The notes beneath the pieces are model-generated. The model searched no databases. It was not told the DNA's origin and saw nothing but the letters and a program-made list of their open reading frames with translations. Positions 12,801-26,700 of a stretch of 64,000 nucleotides of DNA are shown here, piece by piece (the stretch's first letter is position 1; every line of letters starts with the position of its first letter). A program made the translations under genes and the position numbers. The stretch is from Eledone cirrhosa (lineage: Eukaryota), in contig OZ024743.1 in NCBI GenBank assembly GCA_964016885.1, forward strand, positions 177,320,001 through 177,384,000, given 5' to 3'.

Positions 12801-15800
12801 TATTGTCAGATCTTATGAAAGTGGGATTCATGTGAAGAATGTTTTGCATATTGTCAGATGTTATGAAAGTGGGATTCATGTGGAGAATGTTTTCCATATT
12901 GTCAGATCTTATGAAAGTGGGATTCATGTGGAGAATGTTTTGCATATTGTCAGATGTTATGAAAGTGGGATTCATGTGCAGAAGGTTTTCCATATTGTCA
13001 GATCTTATGAAAGTGGGATTCATGTGGAGAATATTTTGCATATTGTCAGATGTTAAGAAAGTGGGATGCATGTGGAGAATGTTTTCCATGTTGTCAGATC
13101 TGATGAAAGTGGGATTCATGTGGAGAATGTTTTCCATATTGTCAGATCTTATGAGAGTGGGATTCATGTGGAGAATGTTTTGCATATTGTCAGATGTTAT
13201 GAAAGTGGGATTCATGAGGAGAATGTTTTCCATATTGTCAGATCTTATGAAAGTGGGATTCATGTGGAGAATGATTTCCATATTGTCAAATGTTATGAAT
13301 GTGGGATTGATGTGGAGAATGTTTTCCATATTTTCAGATCTTATGAAAGTGGGATTAATGTGGAGAATGTTTTACATATTGTCAGATGTTATGAAAGTGG
13401 GATTTATGTGGAGAATGTTTTACATATTGTCAGATGTTATGAAAGTGGGATTGATGTGGAGAATGTTTTGCATATTGTTAGATGTTATGAAAGTGGGATT
13501 CATGTGGAGAATGTTTTCCATATGGTCAGATATTATGAAAGTGGGATTCATGTGGAGAATGTTTTCCATATTGTCAGATGTTATGAAAGTGGGATTGATG
13601 TGGAGAATTTCTTGCATATTGTCAGATGTTATGAAAGTGGGATTGATGTGGAGAATGCTTTGCATATTGTCAGATGTTATGAAAGTGGGATTCATGTGGA
13701 GAATGTTTTCCATATTGTCAGATCTTATGAAAGTGGGATTCATGTGGAGAATGTTTTGCATATTGTCAGATGTTATGAAAGTGGGATTCATGTGGAGAAG
13801 GTTTTCCATATTGTCAGATCTTATGAAAGTGGGATTCATGTGGAGAATATTTTGCATATTGTCAGATGTTAAGAAAGTGGGATGCATGTGGAGAATGTTT
13901 TCCATGTTGTCAGATCTGATGAAAGTGGGATTCATGTGGAGAATGTTTTCCATATTGTCAGATCTTATGAGAGTGGGATTCATGTGGAGAATGTTTTGCA
14001 TATTGTCAGATGTTATGAAAGTGGGATTCATGTGGAGAATGTTTTCCATATTGTCAGATCTTATGAAAGTGGGATTCATGTGGAGAATGATTTCCATATT
14101 GTCAAATGTTATGAATGTGGGATTGATGTGGAGAATGTTTTCCATATTTTCAGATCTTATGAAAGTGGGATTAATGTGGAGAATGTTTTACATATTGTCA
14201 GATGTTATGAAAGTGGGATTTATGTGGAGAATGTTTTACATATTGTCAGATGTTATGAAAGTGGGATTGATGTGGAGAATGTTTTGCATATTGTTAGATG
14301 TTATGAAAGTGGGATTCATGTGGAGAATGTTTTCCATATGGTCAGATATTATGAAAGTGGGATTCATGTGGAGAATGTTTTCCATATTGTCAGATGTTAT
14401 GAAAGTGGGATTGATGTGGAGAATGTCTTGCATATTGTCAGATGTTATGAAAGTGGGATTGATGTGGAGAATGCTTTGCATATTGTCAGATGTTATGAAA
14501 GTTGGATTCATGTGGAGAATGTTTTCCATATTGTCAGATGTTATGAAGGTGGGATTGATGTGGAGAATGTTTTGCATATTGTCATATCTTATGAAAGTGG
14601 GATTCATGTGGAGAATGTTTTGCATATTGTCAGATCTTATGAAAGTGGGATTCATGTGGAGAATGATTTCCATATTGTCAGATCTTATGAAAGTGGGATT
14701 CATGTGGAAAATGTTTTACATATTGTCAGATGTTATGAAAGTGGGATTCATGTGGAGAATGAGTTCCATATTGTCAGATGTTATGAAAGTGGGATTAATG
14801 TGGAGAATGTTTTGCATATTGTCAGATGTTATGAAAGAGGGATTCACGTGGAGAATGTTTTCCATATTGTCAGATGTTATGAAAGTGGGATTGATGTGGA
14901 GAATGTTTTGCATATTGTCAGATGTTATGAAAGTGGGATTCATGTGGAGAATGTTTTCCATATTGTCAGATGTTATGAAGGTGGGATTGATGTGGAGAAT
15001 GTTCTGCATATTGTCAGATGTTATGAAAGTGGGATACATGTGGAGAAAGATTTCCATATTGTCATATCTTATGAAAGTGGGATTCATGTGGAGAATGTTT
15101 TCCATATTGTCAGATGTTATGAAAGTGGGATTCATGTGGAAAATGTTTTCCATATTGTCAGATGTTATGAAAGTGGGATTCATGTGGAGAATGTTTTCCA
15201 TATTGTCAGATCTTATGAAAGTGGGATTCATGTGGAGAATGTTTTCCATATTGTCAGATGTTATGAAAGTGGGATTCACGTGGAGAATGTTTTCCATATT
15301 GTCAGATCTTATGAAAGTGGGATTCATGTGGAGAATGTTTTCCATATTGTCAGATGTTATGAAAGTGGGATTCATGTGGAGAATGTTTTCCATATTGTCA
15401 GATCTTATGAAAGTGGGATTCATGTGGAGAATGATTTCCATATTGTCAAATGTTATGAATGTGGGATTGATGTGGAGAATGTTTTCCATATTTTCAGATC
15501 TTATGAAAGTGGGATTAATGTGGAGAATGTTTTACATATTGTCAGATGTTATGAAAGTGGGATTTATGTGGAGAATGTTTTACATATTGTCAGATGTTAT
15601 GAAAGTGGGATTGATGTGGAGAATGTTTTGCATATTGTTAGATGTTATGAAAGTGGGATTCATGTGGAGAATGTTTTCCATATTGTCAGATCTTATGAAA
15701 GTGGGATTCATGTGGAGAATGATTTCCATATTGTCAGATCTTATGAAAGTGGGATTCATGTGGAAAATGTTTTACATATTGTCAGATGTTATGAAGGTGG

Positions 15801-17520
15801 GATTCATGTGGAGAATGAGTTCCATATTGTCAGATGTTATGAAAGTGGGATTAATGTGGAGAATGTTTTGCATATTGTCAGATGTTATGAAAGAGGGATT
15901 CACGTGGAGAATGTTTTCCATATTGTCAGATGTTATGAAAGTGGGATTGATGTGGAGAATATTTTGCATATTGTCAGATGTTATGAAAGTGGGATTCATG
16001 TGGAGAATGTTTTCCATATTGTCAGATGTTATGAAGGTGGGATTGATGTGGAGAATGTTCTGCATATTGTCAGATGTTATGAAAGTGGGATTCATGTGGA
16101 GAAAGATTTCCATATTGTCATATCTTATGAAAGTGGGATTCATGTGGAGAATGTTTTCCATATTGTCAGATGTTATGAAAGTGGGATTCATGTGGAAAAT
16201 GTTTTCCATATTGTCAGATGTTATGAAAGTGGGATTCATGTGGAGAATGTTTTCCATATTGTCAGATCTTATGAAAGTGGGATTCATGTGGAGAATGTTT
16301 TCCATATTGTCAGATGTTATGAAAGTGGGATTCACGTGGCGAATGTTTTCCATATTGTCAGATCTTATGAAAGTGGGATTCATGTGGAGAATGTTTTCCA
16401 TATTGTCAGATGTTATGAAAGTGGGATTCATGTGGAGAATGTTTTCCATATTGTCAGATCTTATGAAAGTGGGATTCATGTGGAGAATGTTTTGCATATT
16501 ATCAGATGTTATGAAAGTGGCATTCATGTGGAGAATGTTTTCCATATTGTCAGATCTTATGAAAGAGGGATTCATGTGTAGAATGTTTTACTTATTGTCA
16601 GATGTTATGAAAGTGGGATTCATGTGGAGAATGTTTTCCATATTGTCAGATCTTATGAAAGTGGGATTCATGTGAAGAATGTTTTGCATATTGTCAGATG
16701 TTATGAAAGTGGGATTCATGTGGAGAATGTTTTCGATATTGTCAGATCTTATGAAAGTGGGATTCATGTGGAGAATGTTTTGCATATTGTCAGATGTTAT
16801 GAAAGTGGGATTCATGTGCAGAAGGTTTTCCATATTGTCAGATCTTATGAAAGTGGGATTCATGTGGAGAATATTTTGCATATTGTCAGATGTTAAGAAA
16901 GTGGGATGCATGTGGAGAATGTTTTCCATGTTGTCAGATCTGATGAAAGTGGGATTCATGTGGAGAATGTTTTCCATATTGTCAGATCTTATGAGAGTGG
17001 GATTCATGTGGAGAATGTTTTGCATATTGTCAGATGTTATGAAAGTGGGATTCATGAGGAGAACGTTTTCCATATTGTCAGATCTTATGAAAGTGGGATT
17101 CATGTGGAGAATGATTTCCATATTGTCAAATGTTATGAATGTGGGATTGATGTGGAGAATGTTTTCCATATTTTCAGATCTTATGAAAGTGGGATTAATG
17201 TGGAGAATGTTTTACATATTGTCAGATGTTATGAAAGTGGGATTTATGTGGAGAATGTTTTACATATTGTCAGATGTTATGAAAGTGGGATTGATGTGGA
17301 GAATGTTTTGCATATTGTTAGATGTTATGAAAGTGGGATTCATGTGGAGAATGTTTTCCATATGGTCAGATATTATGAAAGTGGGATTCATGTGGAGAAT
17401 GTTTTCCATATTGTCAGATGTTATGAAAGTGGGATTGATGTGGAGAATTTCTTGCATATTGTCAGATGTTATGAAAGTGGGATTGATGTGGAGAATGCTT
17501 TGCATATTGTCAGATGTTAT
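9841..17520. repeat. Tandem higher-order duplication, 2 x 3840 bp (80 monomers)
   Basis: Private markers recur at +3840: cacgtggcgaat (12493/16333), gtgcagaagg (~12976/16816), catgagga (13213/17053), gaatttcttgc (~13605/17445). ORF pairs 10042/13882, 10396/14236, 11932/15772, 12748/16588. Confidence 0.93.
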
Positions 17521-18829
17521 GAAAGTGGGATTCATGTGGAGAATGTGTTCCATATTGTCAGATGTTATGAAGGTGGGATTGATGTGGAGAATGTTTTGCA
17601 TATTGTCATATCTTATGAAAGTGGGATTCATGTGGAGAATGTTTTGCATATTGTCAGATCTTATGAAAGTGGGATTCATGTGGAGAATGATTTCCATATT
17701 GTCAGATCTTATGAATGTGGGATTCATGTGGAGAATGTTTTGCATATTGTCAGATGTTATGAATGTGGGATTGATGTGGAGAATGTTTTACATATTGTCA
17801 GATCTTATGAAAGTGGGATTCATGTGGAGAATGTTTTCCATATCGTTAGATGTTATGAAATTGGGATTCAAGTGGAGAATGTTTTACATATTGTCAGATG
17901 CAATGAAATTGGGATTCATGTGGAGAATGTTTTCCATATTGTTAGATGTTATGAAAGTGGGATTCATGTGGAGAATGATTTCGATATTGTCAGATCTTAT
18001 GAAAGTGGGATTCATGTGGAGAATGTTTTGCATATTGTGAGATGTTATGAAAGTGGGATTCATATTGAGAATGTTTTCCATATTGTCAGATGTTATGAAG
18101 GTGGGATTCATGTGGAGAATGATTTCCATATTGTCAGATCTTATGAAAGTGGGATTCATGTGGAGAATGTTTTCCATATTGTTAGATGTTATGAAAGTGG
18201 GATTCATGTGGAGAATGATTTACATATTGTCAGATGTTATGAAAGTGGGATTCATGTGGAGAATGTTTTACATATTGTCAGATGTTATGAAAGTGGGATT
18301 CATTTGGAGAATGTTTTCCATATTGACAGATCTTATGAAAGTGGGATTCATGTGGATAATGTTTTCCATATTTTCAGATCTTATGAAAGTGGGATTAATG
18401 TGGAGAATGTTTTACATATTGTCAGATGTTATGAAAGTGGGATTCATGTGGAGAATGTTTTCCATATTTTCAGAACTTCTGAAAGTGGGATTAATGTGGA
18501 GAATGTTTTACATATTGTCAGATGTTATGAAAGTGGGATTTATGTGGAGAATGTTTTACATATTGTCAGATGTTATGAAAGTGGGATTGATGTGGAGAAT
18601 GTTTTGCATATTGTTAGATGTTATGAAAGTGGGATTCATGTGGAGAATGTTTTCCATATGGTCAGATATTATGAAAGTGGGATTCATGTGGAGAATGTTT
18701 TCCATATTGTCAGATGTTATGAAAGTGGGATTGATGTGGAGAATGTTTTGCATATTGTCAGATGTTATGAAAGTGGGATTCATGTGGAGAATGTTTTCCA
18801 TATTGTCAGATGTTATGAAGCTGGGATTG

Positions 18830-21800
18830 ATGTGGAGAATGTTTTGCATATTGTCATATCTTATGAAAGTGGGATTCATGTGGAGAATGTTTTGCATATT
18901 GTCAGATCTTATGAAAGTGGGATTCATGTGGAGAATGATTTCCATATTGTCAGATCTTATGAATGTGGGATTCATGTGGAGAATGTTTTGCATATTGTCA
19001 GATGTTATGAATGTGGGATTGATGTGGAGAATGTTTTACATATTGTCAGATCTTATGAAAGTGGGATTCATTTGGAGAATGTTTTCCATATTGCTAGATG
19101 TTATGAAAGTGGGATTGATGTGGAGAATGTTTTACATATTGTCAGATGCTTTGAAATTGGGATTCATGTGGAGAATGTTTTGCATATTGTCAGATGTTAT
19201 GAAAGTGGGATTCATGTGGAGAATGTTTTGCATATTGTGAGATGTTATGAAGGTGGGATTCATGTGGAGAATGATTTCCATATTGTCAGATCTTATGAAA
19301 GTGGGATTCATGTGGAGAATGTTTTCCATATTGTTAGATGTTATGAAAGTGGGATTCATGTGGAGAATGTTTTCCATATGGTCAGATATTATGAAAGTGG
19401 GATTCATGTGGAGAATGATTTACATATTGTCAGATGTTATGAAAGTGGGATTCATGTGGAGAATGTTTTACATATTGTCAGATGTTATGAAAGTGGGATT
19501 CATGTGGAGAATGTTTTCCATATTGTCAGATATTATGAAAGTTGGATTCATGTGGATAATGTTTTCCATATTGTCAGATCTTATGAAAGTGGGATTCATG
19601 TGGAGAATGTTTTACATATTGTCAGATGCTTTGAAATTGGGATTCATGTGGAGAATGTTTTGCATATTGTCAGATGTTATGAAAGTGGGATTCATGTGGA
19701 GAATGTTTTGCATATTGTGAGATGTTATGAAGGTGGGATTCATGTGGAGAATGATTTCCATATTGTCAGATGTTATGAAAGTGGGATTGATGTGGAGAAT
19801 GTTTTACATATTGTCAGATGCTTTGAAATTGGGATTCATGTGGAGAATGTTTTGCATATTGTCATATCTTATGAAAGTGGGATTCATGTGGAGAATGTTT
19901 TGCATATTGTCAGATCTTATGAAAGTGGGATTCATGTGGAGAATGATTTCCATATTGTCAGATCTTATGAATGTGGGATTCATGTGGAGAATGTTTTGCA
20001 TATTGTCAGATGTTATGAATGTGGGATTGATGTGGAGAATGTTTTACATATTGTCAGATGTTATGAAAGTGGGATTCATGTGGAGAATGTTTTCCATATT
20101 GCTAGATGTTATGAAAGTGGGATTGATGTGGAGAATGTTTTACATATTGTCAGATGCTTTGAAATTGGGATTCATGTGGAGAATGTTTTGCATATTGTCA
20201 GATGTTATGAAAGTGGGATTCATGTGGAGAATGTTTTGCATATTGTGAGATGTTATGAAGGTGGGATTCATGTGGAGAATGATTTCCATATTGTCAGATG
20301 TTATGAAAGTGGGATTGATGTGGAGAATGTTTTGCATATTGTTAGATGTTATGAAAGTGGGATTCATGTGGAGAATGTTTTCCATATGGTCAGATATTAT
20401 GAAAGTGGGATTCATGTGGAGAATGATTTACATATTGTCAGATGTTATGAAAGTGGGATTCATGTGGAGAATGTTTTACATATTGTCAGATGTTATGAAA
20501 GTGGGATTCATGTGGAGAATGTTTTCCATATTGTCAGATATTATGAAAGTTGGATTCATGTGGATAATGTTTTCCATATTGTCAGATCTTATGAAAGTGG
20601 GATTCATGTGGAGAATGTTTTACATATTGTCAGATGTTATGAAAGTGGGATTCATGTGGAGAATGTTTTCCATATTTTCAGATCTTATGAAAGTGGGATT
20701 AATGTGGAGAATGTTTTACATATTGTCAGATGCTTTGAAATTGGGATTCATGTGGAGAATGTTTTGCATATTGTCAGATGTTATGAAAGTGGGATTCATG
20801 TGGAGAATGTTTTGCATATTGTGAGATGTTATGAAGGTGGGATTCATGTGGAGAATGATTTCCATATTGTCAGATCTTATGAAAGTGGGATTCATGTGGA
20901 GAATGTTTTCCATATTGTTAGATGTTATGAAAGTGGGATTCATGTGGAGAATGTTTTCCATATGGTCAGATATTATGAAAGTGGGATTCATGTGGAGAAT
21001 GATTTACATATTGTCAGATGTTATGAAAGTGGGATTCATGTGGAGAATGTTTTGCATATTGTCATATCTTATGAAAGTGGGATTCATGTGGAGAATGTTT
21101 TGCATATTGTCAGATCTTATGAAAGTGGGATTCATGTGGAGAATGATTTCCATATTGTCAGATCTTATGAATGTGGGATTCATGTGGAGAATGTTTTGCA
21201 TATTGTCAGATGTTATGAATGTGGGATTGATGTGGAGAATGTTTTACATATTGTCAGATCTTATGAAAGTGGGATTCATGTGGAGAATGTTTTCCATATT
21301 GCTAGATGTTATGAAAGTGGGATTGATGTGGAGAATGTTTTACATATTGTCAGATGCTTTGAAATTGGGATTCATGTGGAGAATGTTTTGCATATTGTCA
21401 GATGTTATGAAAGTGGGATTCATGTGGAGAATGTTTTGCATATTGTGAGATGTTATGAAGGTGGGATTCATGTGGAGAATGATTTCCATATTGTCAGATC
21501 TTATGAAAGTGGGATTCATGTGGAGAATGTTTTCCATATTGTTAGATGTTATGAAAGTGGGATTCATGTGGAGAATGTTTTCCATATGGTCAGATATTAT
21601 GAAAGTGGGATTCATGTGGAGAATGATTTACATATTGTCAGATGTTATGAAAGTGGGATTCATGTGGAGAATGTTTTACATATTGTCAGATGTTATGAAA
21701 GTGGGATTCATGTGGAGAATGTTTTCCATATTGTCAGATATTATGAAAGTTGGATTCATGTGGATAATGTTTTCCATATTGTCAGATCTTATGAAAGTGG

Positions 21801-23785
21801 GATTCATGTGGAGAATGTTTTACATATTGTCAGATGCTTTGAAATTGGGATTCATGTGGAGAATGTTTTGCATATTGTCAGATGTTATGAAAGTGGGATT
21901 CATGTGGAGAATGTTTTGCATATTGTGAGATGTTATGAAGGTGGGATTCATGTGGAGAATGATTTCCATATTGTCAGATGTTATGAAAGTGGGATTGATG
22001 TGGAGAATGTTTTACATATTGTCAGATGCTTTGAAATTGGGATTCATGTGGAGAATGTTTTGCATATTGTCATATCTTATGAAAGTGGGATTCATGTGGA
22101 GAATGTTTTGCATATTGTCAGATCTTATGAAAGTGGGATTCATGTGGAGAATGATTTCCATATTGTCAGATCTTATGAATGTGGGATTCATGTGGAGAAT
22201 GTTTTGCATATTGTCAGATGTTATGAATGTGGGATTGATGTGGAGAATGTTTTACATATTGTCAGATGTTATGAAAGTGGGATTCATGTGGAGAATGTTT
22301 TCCATATTGCTAGATGTTATGAAAGTGGGATTGATGTGGAGAATGTTTTACATATTGTCAGATGCTTTGAAATTGGGATTCATGTGGAGAATGTTTTGCA
22401 TATTGTCAGATGTTATGAAAGTGGGATTCATGTGGAGAATGTTTTGCATATTGTGAGATGTTATGAAGGTGGGATTCATGTGGAGAATGATTTCCATATT
22501 GTCAGATGTTATGAAAGTGGGATTGATGTGGAGAATGTTTTGCATATTGTTAGATGTTATGAAAGTGGGATTCATGTGGAGAATGTTTTCCATATGGTCA
22601 GATATTATGAAAGTGGGATTCATGTGGAGAATGATTTACATATTGTCAGATGTTATGAAAGTGGGATTCATGTGGAGAATGTTTTACATATTGTCAGATG
22701 TTATGAAAGTGGGATTCATGTGGAGAATGTTTTCCATATTGTCAGATATTATGAAAGTTGGATTCATGTGGATAATGTTTTCCATATTGTCAGATCTTAT
22801 GAAAGTGGGATTCATGTGGAGAATGTTTTACATATTGTCAGATGTTATGAAAGTGGGATTCATGTGGAGAATGTTTTCCATATTTTCAGATCTTATGAAA
22901 GTGGGATTAATGTGGAGAATGTTTTACATATTGTCAGATGCTTTGAAATTGGGATTCATGTGGAGAATGTTTTGCATATTGTCAGATGTTATGAAAGTGG
23001 GATTCATGTGGAGAATGTTTTGCATATTGTGAGATGTTATGAAGGTGGGATTCATGTGGAGAATGATTTCCATATTGTCAGATCTTATGAAAGTGGGATT
23101 CATGTGGAGAATGTTTTCCATATTGTTAGATGTTATGAAAGTGGGATTCATGTGGAGAATGTTTTCCATATGGTCAGATATTATGAAAGTGGGATTCATG
23201 TGGAGAATGATTTACATATTGTCAGATGTTATGAAAGTGGGATTCATGTGGAGAATGTTTTGCATATTGTCATATCTTATGAAAGTGGGATTCATGTGGA
23301 GAATGTTTTGCATATTGTCAGATCTTATGAAAGTGGGATTCATGTGGAGAATGATTTCCATATTGTCAGATCTTATGAATGTGGGATTCATGTGGAGAAT
23401 GTTTTGCATATTGTCAGATGTTATGAATGTGGGATTGATGTGGAGAATGTTTTACATATTGTCAGATCTTATGAAAGTGGGATTCATGTGGAGAATGTTT
23501 TCCATATTGCTAGATGTTATGAAAGTGGGATTGATGTGGAGAATGTTTTACATATTGTCAGATGCTTTGAAATTGGGATTCATGTGGAGAATGTTTTGCA
23601 TATTGTCAGATGTTATGAAAGTGGGATTCATGTGGAGAATGTTTTGCATATTGTGAGATGTTATGAAGGTGGGATTCATGTGGAGAATGATTTCCATATT
23701 GTCAGATCTTATGAAAGTGGGATTCATGTGGAGAATGTTTTCCATATTGTTAGATGTTATGAAAGTGGGATTCATGTGGAGAATG
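18830..23785. repeat. Tandem higher-order repeat, ~2.25 x 2208 bp (46 monomers)
   Basis: ORF pairs 19132/21340/23548, 19247/21455, 19727/21935, 20140/22348, 20716/22924, 21004/23212. The marker gatgctttgaaatt recurs at +2208. Confidence 0.93.
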
Positions 23786-26700
23786 ATTTCGATATTGTCA
23801 GATCTTATGAAAGTGGGATTCATGTGGAGAATGTTTTGCATATTGTCAGATCTCATGAAAGTGGGATTCATGTGGAGAATGTTTTCCATATTGTCAGATC
23901 TTATGAAAGTGGGATTCATATGGGGAATGTTTTGCATATTGTCAGATGTTATGAAAGTGGGATTCATGTGGAGAATGTTTTCCATATTGTCAGATCTTAT
24001 GAAAGTGGGATTCATGTGGAGAATGTTTTGTATATTGTCAGATGTTATGAAAGTGGGATTCATGTGGAGAATGTTTTCCATATTGTCAGATCTTATGAAA
24101 GTGGGATTGATGTGGAGAATGTTTTGCATAATGTCAGATGTTATGAAAGTGGGATTGATGTGGAGAATGTTTTGCATATTGTTAGATGTTATGAAAGTGG
24201 GATTCATGTGGAGAATGTTTTCCATATTGTCAGATGTTATGAAAGTGGGATTCATGTGGAGAATGTTTTCCATATTGTCAGATGTTATGAAAGTGGGATT
24301 CATGTGGAGAATGTTTTCCATATTGTCAGATGTTATGAAAGTGGGATTGATGTGGAGAATGTTTTGCATATTGTCAGATGTTATGAAAGTGAGATTCATG
24401 TGGAGAATGTTTTCCATATTGTCAGATGTTATGAAAGTGGGATTCATGTGGAGAATGCTTTCCATATTGTCAGATGTTATGAAAGTGGGATTCATGTGGA
24501 GAATGTTTTCCATGTTGTCAGATCTGATGAAAGTGGGATTCATGTGGAGAATGTTTTCCATATTGCCAGATCTTATGAAAGTGGGATTCATGTGGAGAAT
24601 GTTTTGCATATTGTCAGATGTTATGAAAGTGGGATTCATGTGGAGAATGTTATCCATATTGTCAGACCTTATGAAAGTGGGATTCATGTGGAGAATGTTT
24701 TCCATATTGTCAGATCTTATGAAAGTGGGATTAATGTGGAGAATGTTTTGCATATTGTCAGATGTTATGAAAGTGGGATTCATGTGGAGAATGTTTTCCA
24801 TATTGTCAGATCTTATGAAAGTGGGATTGATGTGGAGAATGTTTTGCATAATGTCAGATGTTATGAAAGTAGGATTGATGTGGAGAATGTTTTGCATATT
24901 GTTAGATGTTATGAAAGTGGGATTCATGTGGAGAATGTTTTCCATATGGTCAGATATTATGAAAGTGGGATTCATGTGGAGAATGTTTTCCACATTGTCA
25001 GATGTTATGAAAGTGGGATTGATGTGGAGAATGTCTGGCATATTGTCATATGTTATGAAAGTGGGATTCATGTGGAGAATGCTTTCCATATTGTCAGATG
25101 TTATGAAAGTGGGATTGATGTGGAGAATGTTTTGCATATTGTCAGATGTTATCAAAGTGGGATTCATGTGGAGAATGTTTCCCATTTTGTCAGATGTTAT
25201 GAAAGTGGGATTCATGTGGGGAATGATTTCCATATTGTCAGATCTTATGAAAGTGGGATTGATGTGGAGAATTTTTTGCTTATTGTCAGATCTTATGAAA
25301 GTGGGATTCATGTGGAGAATGTTTTCCATATTGTCAGATGTTATGAAAGTGGGATTAATGTGGAGAATGTTTTATATATTGTCAGATGTTATGAAAGTGG
25401 GATTCACGTGGAGAATGTTTTCCATATTGTGAGATCTTATGAAAGTGGCATTCATGTGGAAGATATTTTGCATATTGTCAGATGTTATGAAAGTGGAATT
25501 CATGTGGAGAATGTTTTGCATATTGTCAGATCTTATGAAAGTGGGATTCATGTGGAGAATGTTTTGCATATTGTCAGATGTTATGAAAGTAGGATTCATG
25601 TGGAGAATGATTTCCATATTGTCAGATGTTATGAAAGTGGGATTCATGTGGAGAATGTTTTACATATTTTCAGATGTTATGAAAGTGGGATTCATGTGGA
25701 GAATGATTTCCATATTGTCAGATGTTATGAAAGTGGGATTAATGTGGAGAATGTTTTGCATATTGTCAGATGTTATGAAAGTGGGATTCATGTGGAGAAT
25801 GTTTTCCATATTGTCAGATGTTATGAATGTGGGATTGATGTGGAGAATGTTTTGCATATTGTCAGATGTTATGAAAGTGGGATTCATGCGGAGAAGGTTT
25901 TCCATATTGTCAGATGTTATGAAGGTGGGATTGATGTGGAGAATGTTTTGCATATTGTCAGATGTTATGAAAGTGGGATTCATGTGGAGAAAGATTTCCA
26001 TATTGTCATATCTTATGAAAGTGGGATTCATGTAGAGAATGTTTTCCATATTGTCATATCTTATGAAATTGGGATTCATGTGGAGAATGTTTTGCATATT
26101 GTCAGATCTTATGAAAGTGGGATTCGTGTGGAGAATGATTTCCATATTGTCAGATCTTATGAATGTGGGATTCATGTGGAGAATGTTTTGCATAGTGTCA
26201 GATGTTATGAATGTGGGATTGATGTAGAGAATGTTTTCCATATTGCCAGATCTTATGAAAGTGGGATTCATGTGGAGAATGTTTTCCATATTGTTAGATG
26301 TTATGAAAGTGGGATTGATGTGGAGAATGTTTTACATGTTGTCAGATGCTATGAAAGTGGGATTCATGTGGAGAATGTTTTACACATTGTCAGATGCTAT
26401 GAAAGTGGGATTCATGTGGAGAATGTTTTGCATATTGTCAGATGTTATGAAAGTGGGATTCATGTGGAGAATGATTTCGATATTGTCAGATCTTATGAAA
26501 GTGGGATTCATTTGGAGAATGTTTTGCATATTGTCAGATGTTATGAAAGTGGGATTCATGTGGAGAATGTTTTGCATATTGTCAGATGTTATGAAAGTGG
26601 GATTCATGTGGAGAATGTTTCCCATATTGTCAGATGTTATGAAAGTGGGATTCATGTGGAGAATGATTTCCATATTGTCAGATCTTATGAAAGTGGGATT

